From NCBI GenBank assembly GCA_008632985.1, contig QPGO01000056.1, forward strand, positions 124,001 through 188,000: 64,000 nucleotides of DNA, written 5' to 3'. The number at the start of each line of letters is the position of its first letter. Position 1 is the stretch's first letter. Origin of the DNA: Psammoneis japonica (taxonomy: Eukaryota). The position numbers and the translations under genes were made by a program. Below are positions 1-11,300 of the stretch, piece after piece. The notes under the pieces are model-generated. The model ran no database searches. It had not been told where the DNA came from and saw only the letters and a program-made list of their open reading frames with translations.

Positions 1-1390
1 TCAAAAAGGGAGGGAGAACAGTGTTTTTCGGGGAGTTGGGCGATGATTGTGGCCATCTTGTCGATTACTTTGAAGAACGTGGCGCTGCACCGATCGGCAG
101 AGGCGAGAACCCAGCCAACTGGATGCTCAAAGTTATGGGAGGCGGTGTTTCTGATTCTGAAGTGGACTTCGCTGAAAAGTACAAAGAGTCCGACGAAGCA
201 AAAGATGCGCTCGCTAAAATACAAGAAATAAGGGACAACCCAGACCCAGAGAAGGAAGTGAGGTTTGAGAGTGAGTTCGCTGCTCCATTTAACACCAGGA
301 GGCGGCTTCTCAGCAAGCGGTTGCAGACCATATACTGGCGCTCTCCGTCGTACAACCTCACCCGAATGCTTATTTCAGCGGTGATCGGCTTCATTCTCGG
401 GTCGATCTTTCTATCGAACAGGAGGCCAGAGGTAATGTCTGAAGTATACATGACGTCTCTCTTTGGAACAGTGTTTATCTCGTTCATCATTACCGGAGTA
501 AGCGCAATCACCTCAGTGCTTCCCGTGATGTTGCAAATCCGAGATGTCTTCTACCGCCATCAAGCCGCGGGAATGCTTGGCTACAAATCGCTTGCGCTTG
601 CGCTGGGAACGAGCGAGAAGTGGTTCATCGTCATTTCATCGTTTCTCTTTTGTGTTGTGTATATTCCGTGTTCCGGAGTAGCGACAAAAGCGGGGCCGTC
701 AATTGCCTTTTGGGTAAGCTCGAGGCAAAAGTGAAAGCTGCGCAGTGCAGTTGGTTTGTTTCTTTGTTTCTGTTTGGCTTACATGATTCTGTTTGATGCC
801 AATTTTCGTCTAGGGTTTCTTCACCTTCAATGTTGCGATCTACTCATACTTTGGCCAATGCTTTATGGCTTCCGTCCGTGGTAAGTATAAACTTCATAGT
901 TTGCATCAGCGGATCATTGTGAGATTCTTCGGTCTGTCCGATGAACTCACGTTTTCTTCGGTTGTTTCATTTGCAAGGTATGAGCACTGCACAGATTTTG
1001 GCTTCTGTCTTTATCGGGATTAACAATTTCTTCAGCGGCTTTATCGTGAGGCCTCAATTTCTGGAAAGCATTTTCAAGGTATCTGCTTATATCACACCGG
1101 GAAGCTATGTGTACGAGGGAATGATTGTTGCTCTTTTCAAAGAGGATAACCGTACTGTGGTTGCTAGCCAGGGATCTGAGTTCTTTCAAGAACTTGGATG
1201 CGACGAAACTACTCCTATCGGAGAATGTCAAGGATCGGTGATCGACTTTGTGAATTCGTTCTTTGGCGGTGAATATGAGCTATCCAACGAGCGAATTGCG
1301 CGAAACGCAGTTATTCTTGGTGCCTTCCTGATCATTGCAAGAGTGGCGACGGTTGTAGCTTTGAAGTACTTGAGGTATACCTCAACTTAA
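1..1390 (+). CDS. ABC transporter, ABCG/PDR family, 3' part (end of NBD2 and TMD2); 5'-truncated by the window
   Basis: Motifs KRGGRTVFFGELG, ENPANWML and YWRSPSYNLTR. GT-AG introns at 714-813 and 881-977 join the 21..734 and 941..1390 ORFs in frame. Confidence 0.9.
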
Positions 1391-1511
1391 GAAAATGTGT
1401 TGTGTTATTTGCTCTCATGAAATGCGACGAGTTACTCCGGGTGGAGCGAAGCGCAGGATTGTGAGTTGGTAGTTTATTAAAGTTCAGTTATGTCGAAAGC
1501 TTCCAAGTAGT

Positions 1512-2590
1512 CTATTGCTTCTTTTCAAACGCTTCAATCCGGGTAACCATTTCTCTTAGGAACTCTGCCTGGACTCGCTGAGCCATGGATCCACTTTCAA
1601 GTCCTAGAACTTGCTGTTCAATTGCACGTTGTACTTCGCCGAGCAGAGCCCCTGGTGTCACTTCACCCTGCTGCAAGCCCTTGCCGATTTCTTCGTCCCA
1701 TGAGTCAGTGTCAACGTCGAGGAGTTTCTCAAATAGCATTGAAGCAGGACTAGGATCCTTTGATGTCGACTCAGTCTGCGCCCGCACTCGTGTAACTTGT
1801 GTTCCTGCGTACATTTGGAGCACCTTTTGCAGAATCCCAACCATTCCGTCCATTCCGTCCTGATGACTTTTGTTCATCCACGCATCCACTGTCGACAAAA
1901 ATCCCTCATCCAACGAGGCAGGATCCAAATCCTTAATAGCACTTCTCATGGCATCTAAACGTTCCGTGGTGAGAGGAACGAGAAATTCTCCTGAATCCGG
2001 TTCGGCGGCAGCCTTGACCACCTCTTCCACCTGTTTCGCAGTGTCATCAAGCCGCTCTTCTGTTGTCGAAACAATTGCATCGATTGTACTAACCAAGTTT
2101 GTGGCCAAGGCCGACAATTTTTCCTTTTCCATTTCATCCGTAGCCTCGTCCGCCAAAACTGCGATACGCATGAAAAACTGAGGACTGGAAATGACGCGAA
2201 ACGCCCGGCGTACTGCATTTGGCAAGTCGTATGGTTTGGCCTAAGTGATCAAAAGAAGAAAATAAAAGTGATGATCAGCTTCAACGTTCAAAACGAGATG
2301 CTCTGGACTAGTAGTAAGAAAACCCAAAACACCATGTCACTACTACTTACATCTGAAAGCTTTGTAATCATTTCATCCATGATTGCAAGCTCCTCTTTGG
2401 AGGGTTCTCGGGTGTTTCCTTCGATGCGAGACCGTTGCGGGATGCCTTCGCCATCGCTGCCATCTCTGCTACTACTAGCAGCCAACGGTGTCGCGGAACG
2501 AGAATTGACAAACGCACATTGGCTTGACGGGACAAAGCCATAAACTGCCTCTGCCAACAAAAGGACCAACCCTAAACAAGAAACCCTCAT
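1512..2590 (-). CDS. Conserved hypothetical plastid-targeted protein
   Basis: Signal peptide followed by VYG-FVP (ASAFAP-like) presequence. Intron 2350-2241 (gtaagt...ttag) joins MITKLSD to AKPYDLPNAVRRAF. Confidence 0.8.
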
Positions 2591-3051
2591 GGTCGGTTGC
2601 GTTCGTTTCCGTTTTGTGGCGCAATTTTTTTCGAAAAATCGAAGGGTGCGAGTGACAACACGTCACAGGTGTTTCGCGTGATCACACCTGCGAGGTACTG
2701 TACGTAGGTGAAAACGGCCGAGCTCTAGAAATTGTTTCCACGTGGAGATTCAGCAGATGATGCTTCTGTCGTGGCCGGTCGTCGTACCGCCCGGCATTTA
2801 GGACTAAACTTAAGAAGCTCTACTCTAGCTCTAGAGACAGCAAAGATATCAACGCGAGAGCTTCGATGTTGGCATCTAGATATGACAGCACACGCTACTA
2901 CTACAGGTCATGCTCGCGTGAGGGGCAGCTTGCTGTACCAGCCAAAATGCGAAACTGTAGACTGCGTGCTGACGGTCGCATTGTAGGTATCCAGGAGAAA
3001 AGCAAACCAAGTAGAGTTTTTTGTTACCACTACGAACTTATTTTGCCCCTT

Positions 3052-4332
3052 TTACTCGTATTGAAAACACACAAGTTCACAATTGAGATTTTCCAAATTG
3101 ACCAAGACGGCCGTATTGGTTTCGGCAAAGCGGGGCACGCACACGACGCGGGTCTTGTCGTCATTCACCACGGCCGAATCAAATTGCTTGCAATTTCCAG
3201 CAAAATACAAGTGCGGCGTTTCCGTCAAAACCATGGGATCCAATTCGGCATGCGGCCGGGTAGGGACCGCGTCCGGACCCGTGGGACACAAGTGAGACCA
3301 TTTCAACGTGAATTGCATGGCTTGCAATTCGGAAATGGGAGTCTTGGAAGAACTATCCAACAAGACGGTTTGAAGGTGTTGAATGTTGCGTCCGTCACTG
3401 CCAATCACAAGCTTGTCGCCCAATCCACACGCAAATGGATTCGGAGTGCGCGACAACATGTTGTTGGTAAAGGAGCAAGCGTTTTGCAACAAACACGAAT
3501 GCAAGGGCCGTTGCGGCCAATTGGCCGTGGTGGGATCGTCTTGGCCGGGAATCAAGTCGACCGGAATGCCAGCGGCACAAATCTGAGAACAAAACAAGTC
3601 CAAATCTTTGATACCGTCCGTTGCATTCTGCTTGGCACAGGCGCCTCCACAAATCACAACACGACAAATCCGTGCGGCCGCTTGTGGTGACAATTGTCCC
3701 TCGAGATATGTAAGCAACAAATCTCGTGGCAAGGACGAAACATCGGACCCGCCACAGTCGAGACCGGAAATGAGCAAGACATGAGGCGTTGTTGTTGCTG
3801 AATTTTCAATCGCGTCTAACTTTGCCAGAGGGGCAGAGGTTGGAGCAAACATGCGTTCGACATGGAGAATACCGCATGCATCGACTGTTCCCAACACAGC
3901 CACCACTATACCGGTACACCACTCGTGTACATTATCCACCTGGAGCGTCACACGGCCACTCTCATCCTCGAGAAGGAGCGAATCATTTTCGTGACACTCG
4001 GTATTCTCGCATACAGTTTCGCCATCACCGGTTTCCTTGATGAGCGTTCCACAAATGACACTTTTGACGCCCTCTTGCAATTCCAAGATGCGTTCGACAA
4101 TATTGGAGTCTGCTATTGCTTTTGCTGCCTCGAGACACCGGGGTTTGAGTGTCGCCAAGCGCTGCGCATAGACATGCGAGTACTGACGATTGTACGGATG
4201 CGTCTGTTGATTCACATCCTTGACGGATGCCACCTTTTCAGAATGCTCCAATAGAGTGGTTTGAAAGCGTTGCCATTTGGGAGTATGAATGGCATGGGCG
4301 CGTTGGGGTGGTTTGTCGACAAGCAGTGTCAT
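3052..4332 (-). CDS. POLD2: DNA polymerase delta subunit 2 (B subunit)
   Basis: Motifs YNRQYSHVY..RL, LEDESGRV, PGQDDPT..WPQRPLH, HLCPTGPD and PHLYFAGN. First ATG is at 4332. Confidence 0.92.
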   Translation of the reverse strand: MTLLVDKPPQRAHAIHTPKWQRFQTTLLEHSEKVASVKDVNQQTHPYNRQYSHVYAQRLATLKPRCLEAAKAIADSNIVERILELQEGVKSVICGTLIKETGDGETVCENTECHENDSLLLEDESGRVTLQVDNVHEWCTGIVVAVLGTVDACGILHVERMFAPTSAPLAKLDAIENSATTTPHVLLISGLDCGGSDVSSLPRDLLLTYLEGQLSPQAAARICRVVICGGACAKQNATDGIKDLDLFCSQICAAGIPVDLIPGQDDPTTANWPQRPLHSCLLQNACSFTNNMLSRTPNPFACGLGDKLVIGSDGRNIQHLQTVLLDSSSKTPISELQAMQFTLKWSHLCPTGPDAVPTRPHAELDPMVLTETPHLYFAGNCKQFDSAVVNDDKTRVVCVPRFAETNTAVLVNLENLNCELVCFQYE

Positions 4333-4567
4333 GGTTTGTTTTGTTGCAACAGCGCGGTGCTTATTTGTGTCGCTCAATAACGACACGGCAAAGATTTTTG
4401 ACGAATTTTCAATTTATCGTAGCCAGTCGTAGCGTCAGTATTGACGTACACTCTCGTACTGAACCTACGACAGAAAAATGGCGCGAAGCCTTATATAACT
4501 TACAATGAATGCAGATTATTTTGAGGTTCCAAATAGACGAGCATGTAGTTTTGCATATTTTCTGTTT

Positions 4568-4915
4568 AAAGTCGGCTCGCCAACTTGAACCCTCTCCAGG
4601 ACGATGGAAACTTGGACATTTCACATAACAAAGTGTTTGGACTACTTAATTACACTCCCCTCGACTTGTTTATGAAGAGAAGTTACAAGTTTCCATGGGT
4701 TTCTCGTTTTGTATAGCTCTTTAAAACTCGAACGTCGCGATTTCGGCACCTTTCTGATTAGATTCGTTATATATTCTCAGAAACCTATGAAAACTTGTAA
4801 CTTCTCTCCCTTAACAATTCGAGGAGAGTGTAATTAAGTAGTCGAAACACTTTGTTAGGTGAAATGTCCAAGTTTCCATCGTCCTGGAGAGGGTTCAAGT
4901 TGGCGAGCCGACTTT
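4568..4915. mobile_element. Foldback/MITE-like palindrome with 137-bp inverted arms
   Basis: 4568-4704 is the reverse complement of 4779-4915, with about 9 mismatches and a perfect outer ~55 bp. Spacer is 74 bp. No clear TSD. Confidence 0.75.
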
Positions 4916-6284
4916 GGCGATTTGTGTAGAAAACATGCTAAGCTCTACGTGCGTAGAATCTGGCCCACTTTTGTACCCGTGCCACCTTAAGAGTCGTCCA
5001 ATCAGTTTTAGTGGTCGGACAGCACCAAGTCACCCACTGCTTAGTGTTGACCTGCTTGAATTTTGAATTCATCCTGCAACTAAACATGACAAACTTCTTC
5101 CCATTTCTGCTTGTGCTGCCAAAGCTGCTGGCGTTAAAAACTGGCCAACGAATTGGAGTGTGGCACGCTGCAAAACTGTTGCTGCAAGCTGGCCACACAG
5201 GCTGCTTGGCACTTCTCTCCTTGGGGGAGCAGGAGAAAGGTGTGGTCTTTTTGTGTGAGGCTCCTGTGTTGGGGAGCGCAAAGCAGCGCTGTGGTGCTGC
5301 AATGACACCAACCCTTCCCCAAAGTGTGTGAAAACTTGTTGCTGTGGCGCTCCCCCCTGCACAGCCCCGCACCTGTGCATGCAAACACAAAATGATCTGA
5401 CACAGCCTTGCTGGGCATGGCCATGAAAGACATCCTGCTTTCAACATGCAGGAAAACCTGCATGGAGCAAACAAGACTTTTCCACATGGGGCATCAGGAG
5501 AGGGAAGAGCTCAAATTTGCACCCCCTTGACAGCACCTCCTTTCTGGCATTTTGGGCTTGGCATGTTGTGCGGTGCGGACACTTGTGGGTGGTGGCCATT
5601 TTGCCACTCCTGCAATCTTTGACATCATTGACATGAGCCAGCTGGCCTCTTTTAAACAGAGGCATGGAAACTGAATCCAGCAACTGCCAGCACCCCCCCA
5701 TGGGAAGAGGCCCAACCCAGCCCTGCTTTTGCTGGCTGCCTTGGCTGTGCCCATGTTCGCATCACCCCACTGTTGTTGTTGATCACCCTGGCACCTTTGG
5801 GACATTTTGCTCACTGCCTCTTGTCAGCACAAGGCTGGGAGCTGGGAGCACCGCTGCTTTGCCTCTCGTCCCTCCAGCTCCTCCCTCAGCCTGGGTTGCT
5901 GCGGCCTCCTCTTTTCAGCACCCTTTGGCATTTGTCACCTGCTCTCATGCCCTTCATTTGCCCCAAAGCCTTTTCCCATCTGCCTCTGCATCATGGAAGT
6001 TGGCTTCTTTCTCCCAACTTGGAGCTGCCCCATGTGCGCTGCGCTGTCCCCCTGCTCAGTGGGGGTGCAAAGTGCAAAGCCTTGGTTTCACTGTCAGTCT
6101 GCCAAGGCTCTTGCCAGTCAGCTGTCCTGTCATTCACAGAAATTCTGTTCCAAACTTGCCACCCAATCTGCCAAGCACCCACCTGCCCTGCCCTTCACAC
6201 ATGACTCACACACTTCCAGCACCTGCTCCTTGGTCTGCTGTGCATCAGGGCCACACAACATGATCTCATGTGTCATCATTTCTT

Positions 6285-7430
6285 GAATGCAAAATGTGCA
6301 TTTGTTTGTCCACATTAACATGGAACATGGACTTGTCTGGACAGGACCACCAACCTGGCTTGAATTTGTCTGCCACATTCTTGGCTGTTCCATGCATCAG
6401 TCGGGGCACGCACCTCCCAAAACCTGTCCAGACATTGGGGTGGATTGTCTTTGGTGTGTCTCAGAGCCCTGAGAATGCTTTCAAATTGGTCCTCACTCAT
6501 GTGCTTCCTCAACCACAGAGGTGCACCATTGACATCGTTGACCTCCTTTTGTGACCAAAGCCCTTGACACTGCAGGCCAACAAGAGCAGCCATGAGGAGT
6601 CAGATGCCAAGGAAAACCAGGAAACTCCCAACACTCCACAGGGCTTCCTTCAATGGTTTCATTGACCATGTGAAGTGTGGCATTTTCAACAAAGTCCATT
6701 GGAAATGGCAGCTTAAAGAGCTGCAGCTTTGATGGTTGAATGCTTTGATGGAAGTTGAGTTTGGGGTTCTTGTGATTCACAGTGCCCTCTTTGCAATGCT
6801 CACAAGTGCCACTGCAGTCCCACGCATCACATTGGATGGCCCCATTGTTGTCTCTAGCAGCTGGTGCATTCTCTGGAGCTGGGTCATTAACACCATCTGT
6901 TTGGACGATGTCTCTTGCTTTGTTGATGTCATTGTTTGTCAAGATGAGTGTGCCTTTGCTGCTCAACTCTTGCACAACTTGTGGGAGTTCCTCTCTTTCC
7001 TCTGCTTCAGGGCTTGCACCTTCTGCCTCCATGGTGTCAAAGAAAAACTTGCTGCTGCCTTCAGTGAGTGTTTTGCAGCACCTCTCCCAACAGCATGTCT
7101 CTTGATGCTGATCACCAACCTTGAAGTTGTCAGATTGCATCACAATGGCCAAACATGCTTTGTCTCACATGGTTTTCATTTCTTGTCAGAGCGCCCTTCT
7201 CCAGGACAACACAGCCACTTGCCTCTGATGAGCACCAAAGGATGCAGCCTGCTTGCAGCCACCAAAATGATGGCTCCTTTTCCCATCTGCTTCTTGTGTT
7301 GCAACATTGTTGTTGCGCACCAAAAAAATTGTGGCACCTCAGCACGTTGCATCTTTGCCACAAAGATCAAATTTCTGATGATGCAAAATTGCAGACATGT
7401 TGATTGTTGCATTGTCTGACATGATTTTCA
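6285..7430 (-). mobile_element. Degenerate piggyBac-like transposase fragment (N-terminal half)
   Basis: Fragments NDPAPEN, LFKLPFPMDF...VNETI, MSEDQFESILRALRH...DRFWEVR..DAWN and DKSM..WTNKCT (expected DESM..WTNKYT). Frameshifted and truncated. Confidence 0.7.
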
Positions 7431-8370
7431 TTGCTGGTCAACTGTGAAACAAATCCAATGGTCAAGTTCACAAAATTGTTTCTTGAGGTGTCATGCACAG
7501 ACTCATGTGCTGTTGCTCGTGGGGTGCAGACCGCAGCACCAAGGCTGCAACAAGTCCACTGGGTGGAGCAAAGACTTTTGGCGGTGATTATTTTGTCAAC
7601 ATGTCAAGCATCACAAAGAAAGAGGTGTCGAAGGGTCTCAAGCACATGCGGGGGAAGAAGGTTTGGGGGGTCAAACTGCACCTTGTGCCAATGTGTCTGA
7701 GAAGATGTCATCAGATTTCCTCTGGGGGTCACAAACTGGAAGGCACCAGATTGCAAAACTGTGACATCTGCAGACACGCTGGTGTGAGATGCAGTTTCAC
7801 TGTTGCAATTGACACCCACTCTTGATGATCTTTCCACACATGCATGGTTTGTTGGGTCTTGCAAAGAGATGTCATTGTTGCCCAGCTCCTCCTCTGGGTC
7901 ACATCGTGTTGAGTCCCGCACAGGAGTTTGACTCAGAATTTCTGCGGGGCTCACACTGTCAGAGATGGAATCTTGGATCATGGATCAGCACTGTGGTTTT
8001 GCACTGTTTCTGCAGATGATCTGGCGTGAGTCTTGTGCAGCTCTGCGTGAACTCTGCGTGGCAAAGTTGAGTCTTTGCAGGGCACCTTGACAGAATCAAT
8101 TCGGCCGAATCAGCTGAGTTCAGCTTGCCTGTCCAAAATCCAAATCGGAGCCAAGACGGCAGGCCCAGCACAAGGAGAGGACACCTTGTGGGTGGCCCAG
8201 CTCTTGGAGAAGTCACCATGCGATGGCAGCGCGCAGCAGAAGGTGGACAGATGGACAAAACAAAACCCGACTTCTGTTTTTAAGGTGCCACCGCGCTTCC
8301 GCCCAGCAACTCCGGCAACAAGCTAACCCACACCCCCAGTGCACATGTGTGCGGCAGGGGCGTGTGGCGA

Positions 8371-11300
8371 TCAGCCTGTGCCGGCATCTCCCTCAGGTGA
8401 TGCCACACTGAAACAACTGGCGACAGCACGAGTGCCCCTCACTGCGAGCCGTTTCGCCTCCTCAATGCTGGATTTAAACATGGGTCTCACCATTTCCAAC
8501 CAATTTCGTAATCTTCGAGTTGAGTGAGTCAAGTGTTCTTCCACCAAGTCAAACAAAGTGGACCTGTCCTTTGCGAGATGTTTGCTTGAACAGGAGTAAA
8601 TTGCCTTGACTTCTGCCTCTGCATCTCTCCGTTGGGCTGACTTCCTCGTCTCGGCGTCGTGACCATGTGCTGCGTCATTGTGTCGATCCCACAGTTCCCA
8701 CCACTGGGACCAAATGAAGCTTCCCATGGCAGCAGACCAATCCAATCTCCAGATGTTCTCCTCCACATCAGAAGGAAGCACTGTGTTCCTGAGGTGCAAA
8801 GCGTGCGCTGCATTCCATTGGATGGCAAATCTGCCGTCAAACAGGTGCCTCCATCCTGTCAGATCTTGGGGGTGGAAAACCAAAATGACACTGTGGTGCA
8901 AGTCCTCCGGAAATGCTGTTTGATCATGAAACCAAGCTTTGAGGGCTTCCAAGAGAAGATCTCGCAAGGGAGGGGGCATGTGGATGTCATCGCATTTCTT
9001 GCGCAAGCCCTGAAGGAAAGTGCGTTGCCATGATTCATTGTGAGGGCATTTTAAAATGTGGTCTCGATCCTCCATTGGGTGTGAGCAATGCACACAAGCG
9101 TCTGGGCGATTTGGGTTGTGCCGATGCACTGTCTTGTTGGTGGGAAGTAAATCTTGAACCAATTTGACCGCACTGACCTTTCGTCTGATGTTCCTTGACA
9201 TGAGTTTGGAGTGAGACGCCCAATCTATAGACCGAAACACTTCATCTGTCCATGAGTGTTTCTCTTTCATGTGCTGCACAAGTGCCGGGCGAGATGCTTC
9301 GCATCGCATCACCTGCTCAAACTTGGACCCCACTGTGGAATTGTTCAATGCCAGGTTGGCAGAACAATGAGGCATTCGCGGCGCGAGTGGGGTGTCACTC
9401 TGGAACTTTCCATGGCATTGTCCGGTGATCCTGTCTGCGCAGACATTCACTTTGGCAGGTGGAGAAAGCGTCTCATGTGGAGCATTAGAATCTTGGTGTC
9501 CTTTGACCCACTGAACAGCGACAGAAGTGTGTGGAGTGTTCTCAATGGATGATGCAGCCATTGTTTCCATTGACAAATAGATTTCATTGACAACGTCCCA
9601 ATCAGTGGATGTGGTGTTCGCTGTGTGACATCTGCGGTGAAAGTCAAGCAGCGCGGAGTCTGAATCCTGAACAGGGGAGCTTGACAGTGGTGTCTCAAAC
9701 TTCGACACAGGCAGATGACAGCCGAGTTGTTGCAGCACAGGTCGCTTCCCAGAGGACAGCTTGCAAAGCAACATTCCATCACCCGAGTTGAGAATCTCAG
9801 AAATGACAGCACTCCGCATGCCTCTGCTCTGTGAGAAGTCGGGCGAAAACCGAACACTGGACCAGCGCAGTCTACCAGTGCCGCACCATCGATGGTGAGA
9901 GTCCAGCCGAAAGTTGCTGCCTGTCTGATGACCGACCCATCGCTGCCCGCTGTTGACTGGTGCAACTGCAAGCAGTGTGCAATCTCGAAGACGGATGCGT
10001 GCATGTGAACGTCAGCGAAGAGGAATGACTCCCATTGCGGCAATGATGACAACCAAGCTTGAAAGTCCGAAGGAACCGGCATGGTGGGAGGCAGGTCAAA
10101 TGAAGATCCAGTGTGTCCAATGCGCCACCTGCCATCCTTGGCAGTGTCTGCCATCGCTGGAGAAGCCCTTGGTGACAGATCGGGTGCAACCTCAAGAGGG
10201 TCGACAGATTGGGCGGAGCCGTGAGACATGGGGAAAACCTGGAACCCCGAGTCAGACTTTGTGCACAAATGGTCTTCGTTGGGTTCACAGCATGCAGGAA
10301 AGGTCACGCGCATCTCCGTTGCTGGAATTGCCCAAGAACCCAGGGGGCCTTGAAGTTCTAAATCGTCATTCTTGCATGACAACCTGCAGGCACGTTGCCA
10401 TTGTTTCCATGCTCGAGCAGATGGGGCTGCCTGCTCGACTTGGTTCAATGTCAAAATGCTGCCAAGAACTGAGGTGTTTCCTTGGAACTTGTGCTTGTCA
10501 AGTGCTCTGCCATCGGGTGAGGTGATGTCCAAAACTGTGAGGACATTGAGGAACAAGTGACAACAGTTGACCCACCTGACCTCTTTGTCAGAGAAAAGTC
10601 CCGAATCAAGTGCCATGTCCATGAGATGTTGATCATTGTCTCGTTGAAGAGGAAGAACTCCAGGTTCGTCCAGGTCAAAGGAAGCATCGATGCAAGAAAG
10701 GAAGGGTCCAAGTGAGCTGAACCATTTTGACTCAGAATGTGGCAGGCGGGAGTGCACATCCTTCAAAAAGCTGACACCTGCACCCAGATGGAACTGAATC
10801 CAAGACACTGCGATCCATGAAAGGGCATGTGGCTGGCCAACACCTCTCCAGTGTGACAAGAGCTGCGTGACTTGGCTGACTCCTTGTTCGACATCCAAGG
10901 ACCTGAAACCACCATCTCCAAGGGAACATGGGCGAAAAGGACATCTTGTTTCTTGTTGCGATTGTGTCCACATTTCGCAAAGATTGCATGCATGGCTTTC
11001 CTCTGGATCTCCAACAGTTCCTTCGGGAGAAAATGGGTGTTTGGAAGGGTGCACGTCATTGCTGCCAGGTGGCACACAAAGCAATGGGTCCATGCTTCAT
11101 GCCGATCTAACGGGCATGATCAAAGAAACAATGCCACGTCATCGCTCTTCTTCTTTGAGGCCTTGCAGTGCGTCCTTTGCGTTCCAGCCAGAGCTTCACA
11201 GTGGCCCAAAGTCTTGTGGGATGAGTGAGGTGACAGTTGTGTGCTGGGCCTGCTGTCGGACTGATCTGTGGAAGAAATGTCAATTGCAATTTCATCATTG

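Noticed and set aside
2866..3690. 274-aa plus-strand ORF
   Set aside because: It is the antisense shadow of POLD2 and has no recognisable motifs.
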